From the NCBI RefSeq assembly GCF_037042905.1, contig NC_087245.1, forward strand, positions 29,948,001 to 30,012,000: a DNA stretch of 64,000 nucleotides, written 5' to 3'. Position numbers and translations under genes: made by a program. How positions within the stretch are numbered: position 1 is the first letter of the stretch; each line of letters begins with the position of its first letter. Below the pieces are notes generated by a model. It did no database searches. It had not been told where the DNA came from and was given only the letters and a program-made list of their open reading frames with translations. Positions 36,901 to 45,900 of the stretch are shown here, in pieces. Origin of the DNA: Lytechinus pictus. Lineage: Eukaryota.

Positions 36901-39900
36901 GTTCGGGGGGGGGGGGGGGGGGGGGGGGGGACGACTAATCTTGGTTTCACTTGACAATGAAGGGAAAATTTGAATATTTCATCTCGTAGAATTAAAAGAA
37001 ATAGTTTGCATGCCGACTGGGATGTACATATAAGTTTGTAGTCAAGCAAAACTTTAAAAATGTCATAACTTAATATCTTTACATCAGATTTTGATGAAAT
37101 TTTCAGTGTTACGCTCGTTGTGTTTTTCTCTTTTTATTCAAATCAACTTTGTGGGGGTGGACTTGTCCTTTTATATCGTTTTCAAGTAATTGTGTCAGGA
37201 GAAAACAAAAATGAAATTCTTTTATCAATTCTGTCCATATGCTGCATGGTTCATCGTTCTTGCAGGAGGCAAAAAATAAATTTATATAAGAAAGTCTTAT
37301 TTTATTTACTTTCAGATAAAAATTGTGCTAAGGAGAGATTAAGGTTATGTGTAAGACAGGGGTGGTGGTAATGGTATGTTGGTTAAGGTTGTGTATGAAG
37401 AAAGTCAAGTGATTGCTTGCTTGTGCAGGAGGATATACTTCAAGAAACTTGTTGTAAGGCATAATGCAAAATTATTTATAATAGAACTTAATTGAGAGAA
37501 AAGTATTTGGCACGTTAAGATGCACAATAATGTACATGTGATTGAAGCAAATGAGAAATGAAAGGAGTAAAGGTAGCTACATGTGTCACTGAGAGAATTG
37601 CCTGTGGTGTTATATTTATAGCATAAATCTTTGTTTAAAAGTTATTTTATTTTAGGAAATTTAGTCCCTTCAGTTTGAAAGTATAGAGGGCGGACCATGG
37701 ACCACTGACCATGGAAAAAAGTCCCCCCCCCCAAAAAAAAAAAAAAAAAAAAAAAAATATTACCAAGAAAAGAAAGAAAGGTGAAACACATTATTTTCTG
37801 AATATTATGTCAAATCTATCACAAAATTGGATATTTGATTATTTTGATATTACAATTTTGAATATTTTTCCTTGCTCGCAAGTTTTTATTTTACCTGATA
37901 TGCCATATTTAGCCCACTGATATTTCCCCAATTTCAAATATATTATTGTGATTGGGTGGAATACCCTTTACACTTATCCAGGATTGATAAGTCTTTATTT
38001 TTCTGATAAGGAAATTGTGTTTCCTTTAAGGAAAAAAATACTGCAAGCATGGTGAATAGCTTGACCCCCCCCCCCCCCCCCTCCAAAGCAAACTGGAGTA
38101 TATAGGTTAAGGTTGGGAATAATGCGATTGCAAGAGTGACCAGTGAGTGTGGAGGAGCTACTAATGAGTATCTCAGCTCCTTTTAGAGATGTTGGTAGAA
38201 CTGACGTATAGAATAGGGAGGGGGGGGGGCTTGGGGCTCTTGCCCCCCCCCAAAAAAAAAAAAAAAAAAATCACGACCAAGAAAAAGATAAAAGAAATGA
38301 GGGTGAAATAGAATATTTTTTGATATTATGTGAAAATCTAACACAAACTAGGATTTTAATGTCAATTTAAAAGAAATTTTGCTCGCTTAATTTTTTTTTA
38401 AAATCAATTTATCGAGATACACCATATAAAAAGACAAGAATAAATAAATGAATTGAAAATATTACTTCGAATGGGAAAGCTAAAGTCAATTCTGAGGGAA
38501 AGGAAAAGAGGCACGCTTGTGGACGCGAGATCAGATCAAGGTCATGTCGCTTCACCCCACGCGACGCTGGCCCCATTTACCAAGTACATAACCCAAACAA
38601 AGATTCAATTCCATATTTCCATTTTCTATCAAAGCTAGCTCCGGGCAAAGTTCCACCGGACTTCGATAAGGTAGGTAGGATTATACAATCAGATTGGTTA
38701 TGATTTAATTCAAACAAATGTGCACTTGATCTAGATGTAATTGGCGTGTAACGTTATATTTATTTTTCCGTAGATCTAAGTAACTTCCTCAGGCCTAAAA
38801 CGCAGTTAAGTTACGGCACGCTATTATAGGCCTAGATCCACGTCTAACTGCACTGTAATACGATGGCGATCGATCTGGACTTCATATTAGACCAAAAAGG
38901 CAAAAAAAAAAAAAAACTTTGGTCTCTGTCATTGTTCCGCTGGACTCCGTTGCCTCCACTAACCAATTGAGAAATAAGAAATTGAAAAAAAAATGTGTAA
39001 AACCCCCTCGAAAAAGCCGGCTGCTGCAGCTGTCTATAAAAGGTTAAAACTTCTTCACGTTGCAGTGCACCTACCGCACGGTATACCGTACATTGACGGA
39101 GTTTGAACTTCTCGATACGGTACGATGCTGCAGGCGCAGTCGAGCTAGCTCGCACGCAGGCAGCGCTAACGTTAGTCCGAACCTAAGTTGGTAAATATTA
39201 ACAAATAAGTAGGCCTAATGACAATGTTCGTTGTCAACACCTCATTGCTAAGAAATTCAAGTTCATGCTGCTGATACATGATTTTGGGGTTGAGTTCTGC
39301 TTCCTAACTCATGTGATGCAATGGCGACATTTCATATGGCCCTAGCAGACGAAACTCTCAAATACGGCACTGAGCATGCTCAGTACTGCTTTATTACACT
39401 GAGCATGCTCAGTGCAGTGTTATAATAGTGTAGAGTGGCCAGAGCGGTAAAGGGCGTGGTTCTAAAAACTTACAGAGACATGAGACAACCTCACTCAGTG
39501 ATTGCCTGTGATGAACTGCCCTGGGCTGAATAACTTTAAACCTCAGGGGTTTATTTGGCATAAAATATTAACATGCATGATTTATATATAACAAAGGTAA
39601 ATAATGAATATTCAAATATCAAAGATAGCAAATAAAAGAAATACATGAATATACATGGCAAATGAATAGCTGCTAATGAATTATAATGAACCTAAGTCAG
39701 AGGGAGAGAACCAATCAGAGAATAAGAACTTAGCAAGAGTCAAGTATGAGTGAACATGAGCATGAACAAAAGAAAGGGATGGAAGAGTGAATCTGGTATG
39801 TTGAAATGAATGTAAAGAAGGTGATGGAAGAAAAGATGGAATTTTGATGACTAACAAGAGAAGAGAGGATGATCAAGAATAATGAAAACATCTATAAAAC

Positions 39901-42900
39901 CCTGTTCACACTACAGCTCTACAAACAATATCTCCTCTTACAAATAAAATGTCCTCATTTTAAAATTATCTTCATGTATGAGGAAAAAAAATATTTGACA
40001 ATATAAAAATGTATGTTTTCAACTATGATATTCATGATATTATGATATCTGAATAAAGTACAAATCAAGTTTACATTTCATATCAATCATGGTGACTTCG
40101 AAATATAACGTTTGATTTTTTTTTTTTTAAATGTATGTAATTTTTTTTTTTATATACACATCAATTCTGCAATGACAGTTTTATAAACCTTGATCAAAAA
40201 AGTGGCGATCAATTAATCAACATGTTAAAATAATTGTTTCATCATAAAAGAGTATCTTTCAAATTCTATGATCAGAGAAAAACAAATTACATCAATTTGT
40301 CGAAGTCATAATCAATTTGACCAAAACTTTGAAAACTTTTTCTTTGTAAAAAGACTAAATATACATGTACATTTTTTTTAATACAATAATTCAATAACTA
40401 TCTAGCATTGTCAATCGTTATCCAAGCAAAGTATATTTTGTGGGGAAAGCAAACTTCAAATTTCCCTAAAAGTGACATTTTTATCTCAATACTTTTTCTA
40501 ATTAAATATCACCTAAATTGAACTTTTCACGATTCAACTGACAAATTTTGTACGTCATTCAAAATGTATCGAAGTTTACCTTTGGAAAAAAAAATATACA
40601 TTGCAAACTTTTCATTTTACTAATAAAATGTGACCTTATTTTGTAAACAAAAGTTTATGAACTCTTCTTTGAATCTTATTTTTACAAGGTTTAGAACCAA
40701 AACTGTCCAACATCATATTCTTTTATACATAAAAATATGGATAATTTTCTATGACATATGACCCAAGAATTAAATGATTTCAAAATTGGATCATATATAT
40801 TCTAAAATACAAAAGAAATTACTTTTTCTCTTGTTACTTTTTATCTTTCGTTCTGCACAATTTACACAATTTCCAATTTTTTTTTTTGGAAAATTGAATA
40901 CACATTTGACAATTTACAATTTTATGAACGAAACTGCCAATCAAAATGTAAAAGTTCAAGTAAAACAGTTATTTACAGGAAATATTAATGCTTCTGGCAT
41001 AATCATGTGAAATCAGAATTTTTTGTATATTCCTGTAATAGATTGAAATATGTGTAAAATGGCATCAATCATGAAGGGAATAAACATGTATGCGACGTGC
41101 AATATTCAAATGTAATATGGAACTATACAAAATTTCACTAATGCATAAAAGACCTAATTTGCATATTAAAATCATTTGCTTCAGATGTCTGTTTACATTA
41201 TGAATGAAAAAGTCTTTATAATCAATATTCGATGAGAGTCCAGAATATATCGTCTTGATGAAAAATATGCTGATGAGGCTGATTAACTATGTTTTGATGA
41301 AAGTTCAAGTTAGCCTTATATGTAGTAAATTAATATATGGAAAAGGTTAATTTCTTCTCTCTACGCGAAATATTTAAAATGTCCTTGATTTTTTTTTTTT
41401 TTGGTTCATCTCGGAAAGAGGGTGTCGACGATAATGTCTTTCAATTATCGGTTATCATATGTCGATGTCATGCGCAATGATGAATTAATCAAATATCAAA
41501 ATTTATCATTTCTGTGAATTACGAAAGCGTTCTGGTCTAACAATTCTTCTTCCGTAACGTGAGATTGTAACAGTATCGTCTTTTGGTTGAGTTTTATCGC
41601 GGGTGTTGGCGTGTTGGACATCAGCTGAACCTGGGCCTGGTGGTTGGACTGGGTTTGGGTCGTCGTTAGCTGACGGGGGGTCAGCTACTCTTCTTTGTTG
41701 TGTAGATCCTGGATTGGTGTTAACTGACGGGGGGTCAGCTACCTGTCTTTGGTTTGATGAAGACCTTAGATTGGTTTTCGAATTAGTTACAGAGCCTGGA
41801 TTGGTTTTTGAGTGAGATTCAGAGCCTGGATTGGTTTTTGAGTGAGATTCAGAGCCTGGATTGGTTTTCGACTTTCCTGACCGTGGCTGGTGGTCAGTCA
41901 TGTCTGGACGATGCAGGGTATCTGGTCTAGGCTGGATAGGTTCCTCTGACCATGATAAGTGATCATTGGGACCTGATGTAGACATATCTGACCATGATGG
42001 TTGATCAGAAGATGAAGGAAGAGAATCAAGAGATCGTGGGTGAACTTCTTGTGCTGGGACAGACTGCCCTGACCATGAAGGTTGGTCAGTATCTGCCTGC
42101 TGTTGGGGATGGTCAGTTGACCATTCGATGTAGGAAGGTTCAAACTGTGGTTGAGTGTTTGAAGGAGGGTTGATAGGATGACTTTGGTTAGGCTGTTTGT
42201 CTGTTTCTGTTACTGTCTTTGATTGTGGAACTTTGGATCTCCATAACTTGAGACGATTGTGATGGACTACCTTCTGATATTTTTCGTTGTGAATATCAGC
42301 TATTCTGTAGTTCAGTCCATCGTCTGAAGAAGATAGGATTGAGTATGGACCTGTCCAATTTGGATTGAGTTTGTTCCTGACGTTTGTAGGATCATGTAGC
42401 CAAACAAGATCATTGATGTTGTACTTTTGTGTGCGAACCTTCTTATCATATCCCTCTTTCTGTTGTCTTTGAGAGGATTGAGTTTTCTGTTGAACATACT
42501 GGAAGGACTTCTTCAAACGGGAGTGAAGATCCAGTGCATACTGTTCGGGTGGATCAGAATATTGGATAGGTACTGGGCATGTGATGTTGGCTGGTACTCT
42601 GGCTTCTCGTCCATGAAGGATGAAGTAAGGGGTCATGCCAGTGGTTGAGTGGACGCTAGAATTGTAAGCGAGTTGGAGTTGGTGAAGGTGGTTGTCCCAA
42701 TCTCCGCCTTGATCTCTAACGTACCGTGCGAGTTGTTCCTTTATGACGCGGTTAGCTCTTTCCACAAGTCCAGCTCCTTGTGGGTGATAAGGTGTTGACC
42801 TTGACTTGCGAATTCCTAGTTTCTGGCATAACTGTTGGACTAATCTGGATTCGAATTGGCGACCCTGGTCGGTGTGTAGAACTTCTGGGATACCGTGTTC

Positions 42901-45900
42901 AGTTATATAGTCCTCAAAGATATGTTTTGAAACAGTCTGAGCAGTTTGATTCTTCATCGGATAGATGTTAACGTATTTGCTGAAATGATCTACGATGACT
43001 AAGATATACTTATATCCTCGGCGAGATGTGGGAAGTTCTGCGATATCTGCAAAGACCATTTGCAGAGGGTGATCTGTAGTTATGTTGCGTAGTGGAGCTT
43101 GGTACTTCGGATTAGGAGAGCGGAATGCTTCACATATTGTACATGTTGAACAGTAGTTAGTTATGTCCCGACGCATACATGGCCAGTAGCAGGTTGCTTC
43201 AGCTCGAAGTAATGTACGTTGGAGACCAAAGTGACCTGAAGACGGATGACCATGAAGCTCTTGTAATACCTTCTGGATGAGGCTTGCTGGTATTACTGGT
43301 TGTTGTGTTGTTGCACCAAACTGATCTAGCTTTGTACGATAGAGGATGTCTTGGTCGATGACTAGACGAGGATACTCCCAAAGAAATTTCCTCATTCGCG
43401 GATTGTAGTTGCGAATTTCTCTTACAGAGGGTCTATATCCATCCTTGACAAACTCTTTGACATGCCGAATATCTCTATCTTCGTTCTGATAGTATCGTAG
43501 CTCAGATTCTTGACCAGTGAGGGTGAAGGTCTCTGGGGCATCTTGGGGTTGAGTGAATGTAGGCTGGGACTTGTCTTCAGCTTGGCTTTCATGTGTGGCT
43601 TGAGTAGAAGAACGAGTCTGCATCACATTGCACTCTAATGGAAGGGCGACTCGAGTAGAGGAAGTGTGGTTCCTTGTCATTACTACATCGTTAGCGACTT
43701 GTTCAGGAGAAGATGTAGGAAGACGAGACATAGCATCAGCATTGCCGTTCTGATGACCTTTGCGATGCTTAATGTGGAAAGAATAGGCATCCAGTTCGAT
43801 TATCCAACGAGCTCGTCGTCCAGAGAGATCGTCCTGAATAGGCACTTTCTCATAACCAAGAAGAGGTTGATGGTCAGTGAAGATGGTAAATTGCTGACCT
43901 CTAAGATAATGCCTGAAGTTGCGAACAGAAGCGATGATGGCCCAAAGCTCTCTATCGTAGGTTGACCATTTCTGCTGAGATTTTGAGAGCATCTGGCTGA
44001 AGTAGGCAACAACTCTCTCTTGGCCATCTTGTACTTGAGATAGTACAGCACCTATAGCATTGAGCGAGGCATCAGTTGAGAAGTTGAATTCTACTGAGAA
44101 GTCAGGGTAAGCTAGCAATGGAGGATTGGTAAGCGCTTTCTTCAAAGTGTTGAATGCGACTTCACATTGCTCTGTCCAGATGAATTTGGCACCTTTCTGT
44201 GTAAGAATGGTGAGCGGAGATGCTATCTTCGAGAAGTCTTGAATAAACCGGCGGTAGAACGAAGCAAGACCAAGAAATGACCTGATTTTGGTTGGGCTTT
44301 GAGGTCGAGGCCAGGATGATACCTTGGTGATGTTGGATGGATCCGGGAGAACACCATTGGCATTGATCACATAGCCTAGGTAAGTAACTTCTCTACGAAA
44401 GAATTGGCACTTAGACGGCTTCAACTTTAGACCAGCTTCTCTGAAGCGATGGAGGACGTCTTTAAGGTTGCGTAGATGATCTTCGAAGTTCTTCCCTAAG
44501 ACGATAACATCATCTAGATAGACTAAGCATGTGGACCAATGAAGACCATGTAGAACTGATTCCATTAGTCGTTGGAAGGTCATTGGAGCATTCTTCAGTC
44601 CAAAGGGCATTACGTTGAAGTGGTATAACCCTGTGCCAGTAGTGAACGCTGTTTTTTCTTTGTCCTCAGGGTTAAGTGGGACTTGCCAGTAGCCGCTTGA
44701 TAAGTCGATTACTGAAAAGAACTTTGAGGATGAAAGGGCGTCGATTGAGTCATCTTGCCTGGGTATGGGATGTGAATCTTTGATGGTCACAGCATTTAAG
44801 GCTCGGTAGTCTACGCAGAAGCGAAATGTCTTGTCCTTTTTCTTGACCATCACGATCGGACTTGCCCAAGGACTGTAACTCTTTTCAATGATTCCTCTTC
44901 GCAAAAGTTCGTCGACTTGGGATTGAATGTCTACACGCATAGCTGGAGAAGTGCGGTAAGCTCTCTGACAGATGGGAACATCGCTTGTGGTGGTGATATG
45001 ATGATAGGTTGAATCGGTCTTGCCAATGTCATCAGATGATGAACTGAAGACATCTGAGTAGGCTGAGAGTAACTGTCCAGCATTCTTCTGTTGACTCTGA
45101 GAAATGTCTGACGTAGGGAGTAGTGAAACACTGCATTTCAAGGATGATTGCTCTTGATGTTGATCTTTGCTTACAAGTGGTATTGTCTGACCTGGTATAG
45201 TGAAGGAAGTTGGGGAGATTGTAGCATCAAACTTCCAGAAAAAGTCCCATCCTATTACGACGGAGTGACTAATACCTCTTGCGACTATGAATGTGTGTCG
45301 TCTACTGGTGTTGCCTAGATGGACCAAGGAGTGAATCGTTCCTAAAATGTCTAGTACTTCTTGGGTGATTGAAGTAGCCGATAAATGACACTTCATTAAC
45401 GGGCTCCTTTTGGATTTATGTATTGACTCATAAAACTCGCTACTGATGACAGAGATGTAGGAGCCCGAGTCAATGTATGCCAAAGCATACTTGCTATCAA
45501 AAGTGATAGGGATGTAGGGTGGTTGCTGTTCCTTTGAGGAGTTATATTCTATGTCAACATGGGTCGGGGTAGTGACTGTTGATGAGTGACCCACGTCACC
45601 AACTATTGGTAGTTTCCCTCGTCAAAGCGAACATGACGAGAGGGTGATCTTTGGTATCGTTGATCCAACCTGCCTCTAGGTTCTTGAGTACTGGATGGGG
45701 ATCGAGATCGTTGTGAATAACGTTGAGGGTGTGTTGATCTACGATGATCATCATAGCGACGTGGACTTGGTGATCGATAACGTTCAGGGTGTGTTGACCT
45801 ACGACGATCATCATAGCGACGTGGACTTGGTGAACGATAACGAGAAGATTGGTAAGGATAGGGTGGAGGACTAGGAGACCTATGGCGATCAGCCTGGCGA

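Noticed and set aside
41225..41320. ctgatgag followed by a possible stem, suggesting a hammerhead ribozyme
   Set aside because: The required GAAA directly after stem II and proper stems I/III could not be found.
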